A stretch of DNA of 64,000 bases, from the NCBI GenBank assembly GCA_964016885.1, contig OZ024742.1, positions 179,304,001-179,368,000 of the forward strand, written 5' to 3'. Shown in pieces: positions 38,381 through 50,144 of the stretch. A program made the translations under genes and the position numbers. The first letter of the stretch is position 1. Every line of letters begins with the position of its first letter. Source of the DNA: Eledone cirrhosa (taxonomy: Eukaryota). A model generated the notes under the pieces. It was not told where the DNA came from, ran no database searches, and was given only the letters and a program-made list of their open reading frames with translations.

Positions 38381-39061
38381 TTAATATGTCTATAGCATTA
38401 ATCTGTTATATGAAGTGTTATTTTGCGGGTTGTTATTTGCAATAAGGCGATTGAAAATGCCCCAGATAAGCCGTATGTCAATACGGAACGCTCCACTGCT
38501 GTGTTGTCATATAGGGAGTGAAGAGCCACAGAGAGAGTAAAGCAGTTAAATTATAGAGAGGGGGAATCATCTATTGTAGAGAGAGGGAAGAGCGACGGAG
38601 AGAGTAAAGCTATGGTTGTTGTATAAATCGATGTGTTGCTTAGGTTTCAAAGTTTGTGTCGCGTTCATTCAAAAGAAGTTTTGTCGTTGTTCTAAACTGT
38701 AGGGTAGTAGACGGAGGCAGTAACCTTTTAAAGAGAGTTGCAGAGGAGATTGAGAGTGGAGTAGAGGAAAGGATGAACCTTTTAAAGAGAGTTGCAACAT
38801 TTATGTAGTTTCATATATTTTTTATGGTAGTAGTGAGAGGAATGAAGCATATAAGAGAGAGGGTTACAGCATGTATTTAGTTTTATCGATTTTTTTTATA
38901 GAAGCAGGAACTTTTTTGCAAAATTAATTACGCTTTGACCTGCCCTGGTAAATTTGGAGCACATTGGGGAAAAAATCATCAAAATCGGTAGAGAAATGTG
39001 GAAATGCATAAAACTCATACACACACACAGCCAGACATCTACCATTTTATATATAGAGAGA

Positions 39062-39096
39062 TAGCAGAAAACCACACGGGGGCGGTTTTCTGCTAG
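39062..39096. repeat. 35-bp palindrome TAGCAGAAAACC-N10-GGTTTTCTGCTAG resembling tail-to-tail Helitron 3' ends
   Basis: 12-bp perfect arms; second copy at 62449-62486. Confidence 0.8.
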
Positions 39097-39265
39097 TCTA
39101 TATATCTAAAACAGAGAATGCCTCTCTGTCTGTCAGCTCACTAAAACTTGAGAACCATCCAACCGATTGTTTTCAAACTTTAGACATGTAATACTTATGG
39201 TCCTGTGAGTGTTTTGAGCAAACATTATTTCAAATTTTCAATGCCCTAGGGACCGCATTAGGCGA
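39097..39265 (+). mobile_element. Helitron C 5'-end fragment
   Basis: Starts TCTATATATCTAAAACAGAG and aligns by eye with the 5' end of Helitron D through GCCCTAGGG.CC.CATTAGGC. Confidence 0.75.
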
Positions 39266-40059
39266 TTTAGCGTTTTCTCTATATAATTCTTAGTCTTTCT
39301 TTTTAGATAGATACATAGATATAACGTTAAGCCCTTATAATATCTGTCTGTATGTCTGGCTGTCTGCATTACGTCATTATGACGCGCTCAGTGTGTGTGT
39401 GTGTGTATATATATGTATCGTAATGCAGACAGCAAGACATAGCTTTCCTTCCCCTCTTCCAGCGTCTCTCTCTCTCCCTTCCGCTATCCCCCTCTTGTAG
39501 TCTGTCTCTTTCTTTCACTCTCACTCTCTCTCTACGCGTCGGATAGACAGACAGAGAAATTGCTGGTTATATATTATAAGGAGATGTGCATGATGTCTAT
39601 GTGTTTATTTTAACATTTGTGTTAAAGTCTTACTTTCATCATTAATCTTCTATTTATGTAGGGAACTCTGTAGCGTATAGAGGTATTGTCCACTGAGCTT
39701 TTTCTATCTAGCTGTACTTCATGTTGTTTGATGTAGTATCTTCTTGTTGCTCTTTGTTGTAAATGCATGATTAGCTAACTGGAGAGTGTCGTCATAAATG
39801 TATGGCTAATATATTACAGATGGTGTCTTGAGATTTCAAACTTTAACGTTTTCAATCAAATTTGTATCCTTTTCGTGTTTACATACTTGTAGGTTTTTTT
39901 TAAAAGTGTGTATCTCCTGTTATTTCTGTAATTGTGAAATCGCCCTCTACTGGATTTCAATCGTTATTGACTGCCATGAAAACAATTACCAAGATAGGTT
40001 ATTAGTAGCATCTATTATCACAATTGAATAATAGACAGTGTAATTCATTTCCAAACAAG

Positions 40060-40430
40060 TACGTATGATAAACTAAATGGATGTTACACGAGACTCCAGA
40101 AACACACTTTTAACATATCTTGGCGACAGAGAGTCACAAATGGAGAACTCTATCTGGATAGGCCTCCCTTCGTTGGATATTCTTTGTCTAAGAAGGATGT
40201 GTTTGGCAGGACATTGTTACAGGGCAAAAAACGAGTGTCAGTGGTGTTCTTTTATGGAAGCCTGTGCATGGGCAAAGATGTAGAGGTCGTCCTACAACAA
40301 CATATCTGGATATACTATGTGCTGACGCAGGAGGTGTGTTAATGGATCGTGGAGTGATAATACTAGATCGAGAGAAATGGAAAGAGTACTGTTCATTGGA
40401 TCGAGGAAACTCGACTCATGAGTGAGTGAG
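40060..40430 (+). mobile_element. Degenerate non-LTR retrotransposon (RTE-like) 3' remnant
   Basis: Translation GLPSLDILCLRRMCLAGHCYRAKNE resembles the RRLRFAGHCxR C-terminal motif of RTE-group proteins (from memory). Confidence 0.45.
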
Positions 40431-41194
40431 ACGTATGATAAGTGTTAAAATTCAGCATTGCTACCCCAATGATGTGGACCCGGGCCCGGTAGGAAGTGTG
40501 TTCTTGTACGGGAAGTGTGTTCTTGTGCGGGAGTATCTGCTCAGGCCAACTCGTGGTCCTGGGGGACAGAATGGATTAAACATTACCATGGAGGATAGCA
40601 AGAGAAACGAATAGCTATTCCAACTTACGGGATTCTCTCCTGCGGGTGGCCAACTCTACCGCGGTAATAGTGAATAGGGGGGGGGGTAGTCCTGGATCCA
40701 AGAACACCGGTAGTGCTCCCTGCTACAGGTTCGATCACAAACCTATCGGAGAGCAACCAATATTTCGATAGTTTGTCCTCTTCGGCCTGATGAGTATTGA
40801 CGCCTGGGTTAGTTGCCTAATGCACTAGCTTGCCGCTTGTTTGTTACTAGTTTTCAATTTCAGTTTTTGCAGTATATTTTTAGTATTTATTTATGGTTGG
40901 TTGTAATGCATTTTCTGTCGATTTTATGAGTTTTTTATGTGTTCCTCTATTCTGTAATTTGTATACATTTAGTTCAAATAACACACGCTATGTATGGTTT
41001 ATGTATTTTTAATGGGTGTGGTGTCTGATGTATGTATGACTATAATGTTGTTTGGTTTAGTTTTAATAACTTGTGAAAAGAACCATTGTTAAATAGTGTC
41101 TCTATTAGTTTGTGGATTTCTTTATCTGCTCCTTCATTTATGAAGTTAAATAAGGGTTTTACTATTAAACAGCCATCGGTTCCACATAAATATA

Positions 41195-41357
41195 CCGTAT
41201 TTCTTGGCGTCTAAGACGTTACTTTTATACCTAATATAAATCTCAAAAATCTTCCATGCGTCCTGGAGGCCGAAGGTTGTTTATTATTTTTTTTCAAATT
41301 TTTGGTTGTCAAAATTAGGGTGCGTCCTCGAAGCGTCTTCGGCGCCGGGAAATACGG
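41195..41357. mobile_element. 163-bp MITE, Tc1/mariner superfamily (Tc2/pogo-like)
   Basis: TIRs CCGTATTTCTTGGCGTCTAAGACG / CGTCTTCGGCGCCGGGAAATACGG flanked by TA on both sides. Confidence 0.85.
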
Positions 41358-41582
41358 TATATGATTATTTGTATCTTCGATGTAAACGAATGGGATGTGT
41401 CTAATATTCTCTATGTGAATATTAAAAATGAGTCATTTTATTGCTAGGAGTTATATTTGTATAATTCTGGATGTTGCATGTTAGTACGGAGTTGCTTCCA
41501 GGATCTTTTTTTCCTTTGTCTATACTTTTATGTGATCATTGCGACAATTATATTATCGAATACAAAACCTGATCAATATCTT

Positions 41583-41763
41583 GGTGGATTGGCAGTATCG
41601 GTAGAGGGTCGGACGCCATGCTTTCCAGCATAGTTACGTCCCTTTACGATCTGAGTTCAAATCCCGCCGAGGTTGACTTTGCCTTTCATCCTTACGGGGT
41701 CGATAAAATAAAATACCAGTAATGAACTGGGTATTTGCTGGCCTTGTGCCTAAAGTAGAAACA
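41583..41763 (+). mobile_element. Full-length tRNA-derived SINE with 8-bp TSD AATATCTT
   Basis: A/B boxes; central CTTTCATCCTTACGGGGTCGATAAA; TSD at 41575-41582 and 41764-41771. Confidence 0.93.
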
Positions 41764-42049
41764 AATATCTTATGTTCATGTAATGGTATCAATTTGTTTT
41801 CTCATGCGGCTTGTATATGACGTCACAAACGTGAGCCGTATTGGAGAACCCATGGCAACTACATCTTTTAGCCTGTATAACATATTATATAAGCACAGAC
41901 AGATAGAATGATAGAGGGATACAGAGGGATACAGAGATAGATAAATAGAGAAATGGATAGATGGATAAATTTCTATTTATTGCCACGAGGGCACAAAAGA
42001 AGGGGGAAAATACAAGGGGGGGGTTACACAAAAGAACGAGTAAAAAACA

Positions 42050-44273
42050 AATAAGCAACTTCACCGGGCCCTCCGTCCAGCGTCCGACGACGCAACCGGA
42101 GGGCATCGGTTTTCCCCTCCACGTGCCGAGTTCCAAACCGATCGACTTGTCCCGGTTCAGCTTAACCCTGTAAACCTTTCGTACTGTTCCAGTAAGGTGC
42201 CGATGGCCCCGATTTCCGAGTTGGTCGACACCATTACTGTTACGTCATCGGCGTAGGCCGGCACCGCTTTCCGCAATCCCGATTCCAAAGGGATTCCCTG
42301 CAACAACTCCAACTTCCGCAGCAGTGGCTCGAGGGCCAATACATACAGAAGAGAGGAGAGAGGGCACCCCTGTCGGATGGACCGCGTGATTTCGAACGGC
42401 TCCGAGAGGTAGCCGTTCACCTTGACTCTAGAGCAGATGCGGCTGCTGTGCATGGCAGTGATCCAGCCCCTGAAAACGGGCCCGAAACCGCTAGCAATGC
42501 ATCCAGGTAACCATGGTCGACCCTATCGAACGCCTTAGAATGATCCAAGTTGATCAGGGCCCCACCAAAACCGGGTTCGTTCCCAACCTGTTCTATGATG
42601 TATCGCATAAGGTGGAGGTTGTCGTGGATGGACTTGGACGGGATAGCACATGTCTGCGCATCTCCCACCAGGTTGCCCACGACAAGCGCCAACCTCTTTG
42701 CCAAAATCTTTAACTCTGCATTTAGCAGAGTTATGGGCCTGAAATTACTTATTTCGTCCCTTTTGTTCTCGTCCTTCCTCACTAGCGAGACTACGCCCTT
42801 GGTCACAGAACAGGGAATTCTCCAGTTCTGTTGCCAGTTGCAGTAGACCGCCTCGAGGAGATTGGGGAACAAGTCCGGCATAGCTAGATATAGTTCGTAT
42901 GGAAGACCATCGAGACCCGGGGATTTGCGTTTACCGCATTGGCTCAGTACGTCCCCTATTTCAGCAGCTGAAATCGGCCCCTCGCATGACTTCGCCTCCT
43001 CGTCCGAAAGACGCGGCAGGCCGTCGAGGTATGGACCGAAGTCCACATCCCCATCCAACCCCGCGCCCCTCCCGAACAATCGGGCAAAGTGCCTCACACA
43101 TCTGCTTAGGTTCAAGGATCACCCGTCCATCCTGGTCTTACAAAGACCGGATAGTGGATCTAATCCCTCTGTTGGCTTCTGTCACTCGGGCCAGCTAACA
43201 GCTTTGGTTCCCTCGTTTCCTAGAGCACGTATTTTGCTTCGGACAACGCAGCCTTCGTGCTTCGCATCAAAGAACTGGCCCAATGCCGTTCTCGACGCTA
43301 GCACTCTGGCTACGTCGCCGCTTCTAATTGCCTCTTCTACACTATCTACCAACTCCCTTTCCTTCCTATTTCTATCTGAGGCTAACTCCTTACTAAATTC
43401 TATTGAAACTACTCTAATCTCTCTTTTGAGAGATCCCCACCACCTGCTGTTGACGATCGCTCCCGTCAACCGCTCCTTAACTAAAGTACTAATCCGGTCC
43501 CTGTACACTTTACTTGCCGGTAAGGACAAGTTCAGTTTCCAGTAACCGGGTTCCTGTCTATGGGTTCTATCAAGGTTGAGTATACAGGTCACTAATTTGT
43601 GATCCGAATAGCCAACCATGAGCATCTCTGGACAGCTTAAAAGGTCCCTATCCTTATTTCTAACTAGGATCCTATCTAGGTACAACCTAGATGATCCGCT
43701 ACGGTTTGCCCAAGTCCAAGTTGGCGCAGTCGGAAAATCTAGTCGATATCTATCGGCCAGATCAAATCGGCCGATTAACTCCTTGAGGCTGTTACACCCC
43801 CCTCTATCGGGACATGCCCCTACATAGTCCCAACGTGCATCTAGGATACCATTCCAGCCCCCCACTAAAGGAGCGGCACGTCCCCAGAAAAGCCTCCAGA
43901 CGTTGGAAGAAGTCCGGTCGCGCTGACCCAAAAGGGGCGTAGGCGGTGACCAGCCTAAAAGCTCCGCCTTCACCACTGCCAACGTCTAAAACCACCAGTC
44001 GACCCTCCGGGTCTAGGTCTACCGTCTGTGCGGCGAGACCCAGATGTTTTTGCAGCAGAACGACAACCCCAACCCCACCTCCGGGCTGACAGAGAGAGCG
44101 TGCATCTCAAAGTCGTCAAAGGTGGGGGCTAGCTGGCGCACGCTGCTGATCCGGGCCTCGCAAATGACCATCACATTTATACAGCGTGACTTGAGGTCAT
44201 TTAGAAGTTTTGCTTGCTTACAATATGAGCCCAGGCCACGCGCATTTAGACAAGCCACTCTCAATACAGCCAT
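42050..44273 (-). pseudogene. ORF2 (APE endonuclease + reverse transcriptase), frameshifted
   Basis: MAVLRVACLNARGL, YLDRIL, YSDHKLV, GYWKLN, KSPGLDGLPYELY, NFRPITLLN, KAFDRVDH, IRQGCPLS, YADD (~42244-42255). Confidence 0.93.
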
Positions 44274-45880
44274 GTTGGTGGTAAAGAGAAAAAGGAGGTA
44301 CCTACCTCTCTGCGTCCCGGGGACCAGGCCGCACAATTTCCATGGGGGTGGGGGAGGGGTCTTTGGGGAGGGGGTGGGGAAATGGGTCCGACGCGGGGGG
44401 GGGGGCATGTCCTCTTTAAAATTGTCCTTTAAATTTTTGTATATGTCCCTTGGGACTTTTATCATTTTGAGGTGGAGAAAATCCCCTGCCTGGGTGAAGT
44501 TAGGCCCTTCGGTTTTTACCAAATTGTTATTATAAATAATGTTCAACAATTTTTTGTTTCTTGTGTTTATGTATGTGTATGCATATTTTTGTTTTTGTGT
44601 GGTGTTTTTTGTTTGCTGTTGTTGTGTGTTCTTTTGTGTTGACGTCTGTGTTATGTTTTGGGGAGGGGTTGTTTTTATTTGTGTGCCTGAGGTGTGTTTT
44701 CTTTTCTTTCTTTTAACTTCTTGGAAATGCTCCCCTTCGTCTGACGACGAACGGGGGTCGTCTTCCGTGTTGGAGGGGAGGGGTAAATTTTGGGGTAGTG
44801 TTTGCGGTGTGGGGGTTTTGGAAATTGTTTTTTGAGTGGGGGCGGGATGGGTTGGACAGTGTTTTGTTTTGTGTTAACTTGTGGTTGCTGTTTTTGTAGT
44901 GGTGGTGATTGTGTTGGTTGTGTAGTTGTTGGTGGTGTGGGCAGAATTAGAGTTTTCTTTTTAAGTTGCGGACAGACAGCCCTCAGGTGACCTCTGGTTC
45001 CACAGAAGTAACACGAGGGCCGCCTACCCTCAACGGTTATGTTTATAAAAGTCTGGTCATCAAGTATGACGCGTTCGGGGATCTGGGCGATCCTTTCGGG
45101 CCTCATTTGAACTAAAAGTTCGAGGCCCATTCCACTGAACGCGTCACCCGATGCCTTTCCCATGGATATCAATATGTCATCGTTCAGGTCAAGAAAACCT
45201 GTTAACACCCACCATATGTCCATAATTGGAAGAATGGTGTGTATTTTTATTGTATGTGTCCTTCTACCCATGTACGTAGGGTAGAAGGTGTACGCGGTGG
45301 ATGTAATAGGTTTTACCGAAAGTTTTTTTCCGTGTCCTGGTCCTTCATGAGAATGGATAGACTCCCATAGAGTCTATCCTTTTGTATGAACAGAAAGTCT
45401 TTCATTACATCTTTTAAGACCAGCTCTATCTCACCATGTTATGGTTGAGCTGGTCTTTTCGTTTTGTTTAACACTGTCCTAAACATCACTGTGTTTAGTA
45501 CTCTCTGACTTTTTAGTTGTGAGGGTGGTGTGGTGGATCGAAAATGATCCATTTTCCCCGTATACTATGTATTTTTTGGCTTCTGCCAGTAGCTCCTTAG
45601 CGTTGCTTATGTCTACTGGCAGGTATTCAAGGTTTTCTTTTGCCGTTTGGGCAAAGGAAATCTTTCCATTATCCTTGTACCTGTTGTTTTCTTTTTCGTT
45701 GCTTTTTTCTATTTTTTCTGTGTTTTCTTTGTCCATGTTGGTGCTTGTGTCGTTTGTATTTTCATACAATTTCATGTTAACATTTTTGGGGTTTTTACCC
45801 ACATTTTTACAATTTACAGTAGAAACATTGTTCATAATCGTATTTGAAAGTGAGAGGGGGGAAGTTTCAATTACATTCAT
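44274..45880 (-). pseudogene. ORF1 (gag-like, CCHC zinc knuckle), frameshifted
   Basis: CYFCGTRGHLRAVC in ORF 44675-45271; N-terminal SFAQ motif in ORF 45479-45880; low-complexity P/T/Q C-terminal half. Confidence 0.8.
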
Positions 45881-46129
45881 ATGTTGTTCTTTCTCTCACT
45901 TTCGTCAGGGGGCGTGGCAGAGTTGTTGTTGTTCATGGCGTCCATTATTGACATATACCTCAACAAAAATGTTTAAAAGGTAGCTTTTACCCCCAAAAGA
46001 AGTAAAAATAAAATTACCCCCGTCTACAAACTTAGGCGGGAGGTTAATTCACACGGGGACACAAAATACAAACAAGCACTTACTGTTAACACGTAAAATA
46101 TTCCCAAAAGGCGGGAGGAAAGTACTACC

Positions 46130-47545
46130 AAACAGACTGGTGAGTTCGTCGTCTTCGACGCCTAGAGTCTCTCCGAGCACGTCGTCGCCCTTGTGACGTA
46201 CTAACCCTTTATAGAATGTCGAAGTGGAGTCTCCACTGATTGCTGTGCCCGCTTGACAGAGGACTGTGAGCGCCTGAGCGCATTCAATGTGTCAGGCGCC
46301 CACCTTCTTCGGTCTCTGCTTGATCCAGAACTGCAGCTCCGTCAGCGAGACAAGTTGCGGGAAGACCTGTACATTTGTGGACAGCTTAACATTTTCCTCT
46401 TCTCTCTCTAATACAGAATCTATCTAAATACGATCTAGATGTCCCGCTACGATTTGTCCACGTCCACTGTGGTGCAGTCTGGAAATCTAGTCGATACCTA
46501 TCGGCCAGTTGGAATTGGCCGATTTAATTTTTGAGGCTGTTGCACCCCCTCTACTGGGACATGTTCCTACATAGCCCTACGTGCGTCTAGGATACCATTC
46601 CAGTCCTCCACTAAAAGCAAGGAGCGAGACGTTCCCAGAAAATACTCTAGACGCTTAAAGAAATCAGGCCGCGATATCCCAGTCGGAGCATCAACGGCCA
46701 CCAGTCTAAAGGCTCCACCTCCAACACTGTTCACGTCTAGGACTACCAGTCTACCTCCCGGGTCCAAGTGTATTTGCTGTATTTCGAGGTCCAGGTTTTC
46801 TGAAACATAACAGCCACTCCCCCTCCGACTCCTGGCTGACAGAGAGATGCATAGATCTCAAAGTCATTAACGATGGGGGTTAGTTGCTGCTTGTTGTGGA
46901 TCTTGGACGCGGTGATGGCTATCACATCCATACCGTGTGACCTAAGGTTGTTTAAAAGTTGGCCCTGTTTCCAGGGCATCCCTAGGCCACGCACATTCAC
47001 ACTTTCAACTCGTAAATTAGCCATGTTGGTGGAGAAGAGTTGTCGAAAAGAAGAAAAGATGCACTTAACTTTTCGTTTCCTGGAGATCGGGTTGTTCAAT
47101 CTCCATTTGGGTATTGGTGGGGTGTTGGTTGGGGTGGGGAAACATTTTAATAGGACGCGGTTTATGGGTTTTTGGTAGGGGTTTCCGACGTCCTGTGAAC
47201 ATTCATTTTTCAGTTTGTTATAAGTTTCCATAGGGATCCTTATCATTTTCAGGTGTGGTGCTGATCCTGATTTCACGAAAGTTTTCCCCTCGGTCTCCAC
47301 TTTGGGGTCTTTGGAGATGACCCCCATCAGGTTTTTGTTGTTGGTGTTGATGTAAGCGTACTGTTGTTTGTGTTTTTGTTGTGTTGTTTTTGTTTGTTCT
47401 TCATCTAGGAGTTTTCTTTTTATGGTGGGTGTTTGTGTTTGGGTTGGTGTTGGTGTTTGTTTTGCTGGTAGGGTGGGGGGTTGATTGTGGTGTTGTTTGT
47501 GTTGTTGTTTGTGTCGGTGGTTGTGTGTTTGTGTTGGTGATTGGT
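46130..47545 (-). mobile_element. L1/Tx1-clade LINE copy 2, heavily deleted
   Basis: ORF1 C-terminus, APE start MANLRVESVNVRGLG (ATG at 47024), APE homology to ~46370, then ORF2 C-terminal fragments similar to 57350-57650. Confidence 0.85.
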
Positions 47546-48119
47546 GCTTTTGTGGCTTATATAGATAGCTAGATAGATAGATACGTGGGTGGGTCGTCGG
47601 GTAGTTAGGTAGGTAACTATCTCACGGTTATCTGAAAAGAATTCAGTTAAAATTTGTATCTGTAAGATTAATTATGCATATGAAAAAATGTAACAGTACA
47701 CCTTAAATGCCTACATATGTGTATATGGAAGAATGTCTTTATGTGTTATCAATGTGCATGTGTATTTATGACTATCTATCTATGTGTGCTGTGTACGTGT
47801 GTGTGTTTAATCTATGTGCTTGTGTGCCTATTGTTATCTCTGTATGTGTGCATGTATGTTGTATGTGTTATCTGCATTGTATATAGTAAATCAAACATCA
47901 CAATAAATAGAATAGGAGAATGGGAAAAAGAGATAGTCAGGCGTAGTGGGAGAGAGAAATAAGCCGAGTGAGGGAGAGAGATAGAGAGAGATGAGTGAGA
48001 GAGAGAGAGAGGGAGTGGGGGGAGACAGATATTGGGAGGTAGACAGAGATATAGAGGGAGAGAGGAAGAGAAAAGGAAACTTTACGAGATGTAAAAAAGT
48101 GGTTTGAAATAGAATGGCA

Positions 48120-48155
48120 TTTAGTAGTAGTAGCAACAGCAGCAGCAGCAGCAAC

Positions 48156-48210
<55 letters not shown>
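48120..48210. repeat. (TAG)n/(CAG)n microsatellite
   Basis: Direct reading. Confidence 0.9.
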
Positions 48211-48914
48211 ATTCGCGGACTGGGTCTAAAGATATTGGTTCCCAGGAAGAGGCAAAGGGGCCCACACACAACTACAATGCTATCATTTAACATTTATAAT
48301 TTAAAAAAAAAATCCTCTCTATTTCTGAGTAGGCAATTGACCATAAAATTGTGAAGTAAAAATACGGATTATAGAATAGATTAAAAATGTCTTACCATCT
48401 CGAATAAAAAAGATCTTGTAAAATATACACAACCACAATATAGCAGTAATAACCTTCGGTTTTCACATACAATATATATATATATACATATATATAAAGT
48501 GGCGGACTGGCCAGGTTGCCAGGTTGCCAGGTTGCTCACTGGCAAGAGGGCCCTAGGGGGCTCACGGTATCATTGCAGAAGCCAACTGTAGCATTGCAGG
48601 GCTCACTGTAGTATTTTAGGGGTCAATGCTTTGCTTTCAAAAAATACCTGAAGTCTAAGAGAAAGAATAAAATAAAAAATTAAAAAATAAAACAATTAAG
48701 CAAAGCATTTGGTCAACCAATTCCCCAGGGAATTACTAGAAACCAAAATATATGATAGTGCAAGTAGCAAGTAGCTGGAATCAGTGGTGGTGGCGGGGTG
48801 GGGTAGGGAGATGAGGTACAACAGAAATGAAACATGGATTACAGGTTAAATTATTGTCTAGAAACATGAGAAACAAAACGAGGATGTAGTTTAAGGAACA
48901 CTCAAATGATTTAG

Positions 48915-49368
48915 AAGTCGACCTTAAGTAGGAGCAATAACATTAAGAAATACATGAACGACACCACAACACTGTGTTTTGAAAGTTTTGAAAGTAGGTT
49001 TATGAATATAAATTTTCATAAGATTTTCGTAGTTGTCTCTGTGGCCTAGCGCTAGGTACTAGAGACGGTGGACATCCTAGCCTTGTGTTCATTCCTGGTC
49101 AAGAGGTACATGTAATCATTTTCAGTTTTTATTTTACATCCATAAAAAAAAAACTGAAAAGGTTTAACGGGAACCCTACTTACAACCAGAATCGAACTTC
49201 AGACCAGGATCACCACCGTCTATGGTTCCTCCAACTAGGCCACCGAGACAGCTACAAAAAGTATAATGAAAATTGATAATTATAAACCGACTTTCAAAAT
49301 CAAAGTTAAAAAGATGTGGTGTCGTTCATGGCTTTCCTATAGCTATTAGTAATATTTAGGGTCGACTT
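48915..49368. mobile_element. Diverged foldback element (~190-bp arms), each arm containing a tRNA-like segment
   Basis: AAGTCGACC..CATGAACGACACCACA..TTTGAAAGT.GGTTTAT..GTAG.TGTCTC.GTGGCCTAG matches the reverse complement of ~49175-49368. Confidence 0.8.
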
Positions 49369-49396
49369 GTCAATATTTTGGCTCTTTCGTAACAAC

Positions 49397-50022
49397 TTGG
49401 CAGTATCGGTAGAGGGTCCGACGCCATGCTTTGATGCATAGAGTTATGGCGCTTGCCATTCTGAGTTCAAATCCCGCCGAGGTTAACTTTGCTTTCATCC
49501 TTACGGGGTCGATAAAATAAAGTACCAGTAATACACTGGGTAATTGCTGGCCTTGTGCCAAAAAGTAGAAACAATTATTATTTCTATTGGCTGAGTTCAA
49601 ATCCCGCCGAGGTTAACTTTGCTTTCATCCTTACGGGGTCGATAAAATAAAGTACCAGTAATGTTCTGGGTAATTGCTGGCCTTGTGCCAAAAAGTAGAA
49701 ACAATTATTATTTCTATTGGCTGAGTTCAAATCCCGCCGAGGTTAACTTTGCCTTTCATCCTTACGGGGTCGATAAAATAAAGTACCAGTAATGTACTGG
49801 GTAATTGCTGGCCTTGTGCCAAAAAGTAGAAACAATTATTATTTTTATTGGCAGTATCGGTAGAGGATCGGACATGCTTTCCAGCATAGTTACGTCCCTT
49901 TACGATCTGAGTTCAAATCCCGCCGAGGTTAACTTTGTCTTTCATCCTTCGATAAAATAAAGTACCAGTAATGTACTGGGATAATTCCTGGCCTTGTGCC
50001 AAAAGTAGAAACAATTATTATT
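49397..50022 (+). mobile_element. Tandem SINE array: two near-full copies flanking two 130-bp deleted units
   Basis: CTGAGTTCAAATCCCGCCGAGG at 49461, 49591, 49721 and ~49907; ATT-type tails. Confidence 0.92.
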
Positions 50023-50064
50023 TATGTGTGTTGAATTAATTTAATTTGATTATTTTAACAAACA

Positions 50065-50143
<79 letters not shown>

Positions 50144-50144
<1 letters not shown>

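Larger units (their letters stand above)
34978..39061 (-). mobile_element. Helitron B, defective, carrying most of the Rep-helicase coding region
   Basis: 3' end CCCGAGCAACGCCGGG hairpin + CTAG|T at 34978; 5' A|TCTCTCTATATATAAAA at 39061; internal RepHel homology. Confidence 0.93.
41966..46130 (-). mobile_element. L1/Tx1-clade LINE copy 1, near full-length but decayed
   Basis: ORF1 with CCHC knuckle, APE endonuclease, RT, and a 3' UTR with AATAAA running into (TCTA)n-like sequence; post-RT region deleted near 42060. Confidence 0.92.

Noticed and set aside
39333-39581. MITE with 11-bp TIR CCTTATAATAT
   Set aside because: Short AT-rich match, no TSD and no second copy in the window.
40758-40800. 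CTGATGAG and reverse-strand CCGAAGA..CGAAAT as a hammerhead
   Set aside because: No matching GAAAC/GUH arrangement or stems.
41583-41763. Genuine tRNA genes at A/B-box sites
   Set aside because: No cloverleaf; the boxes are followed by SINE body, tail and TSDs.
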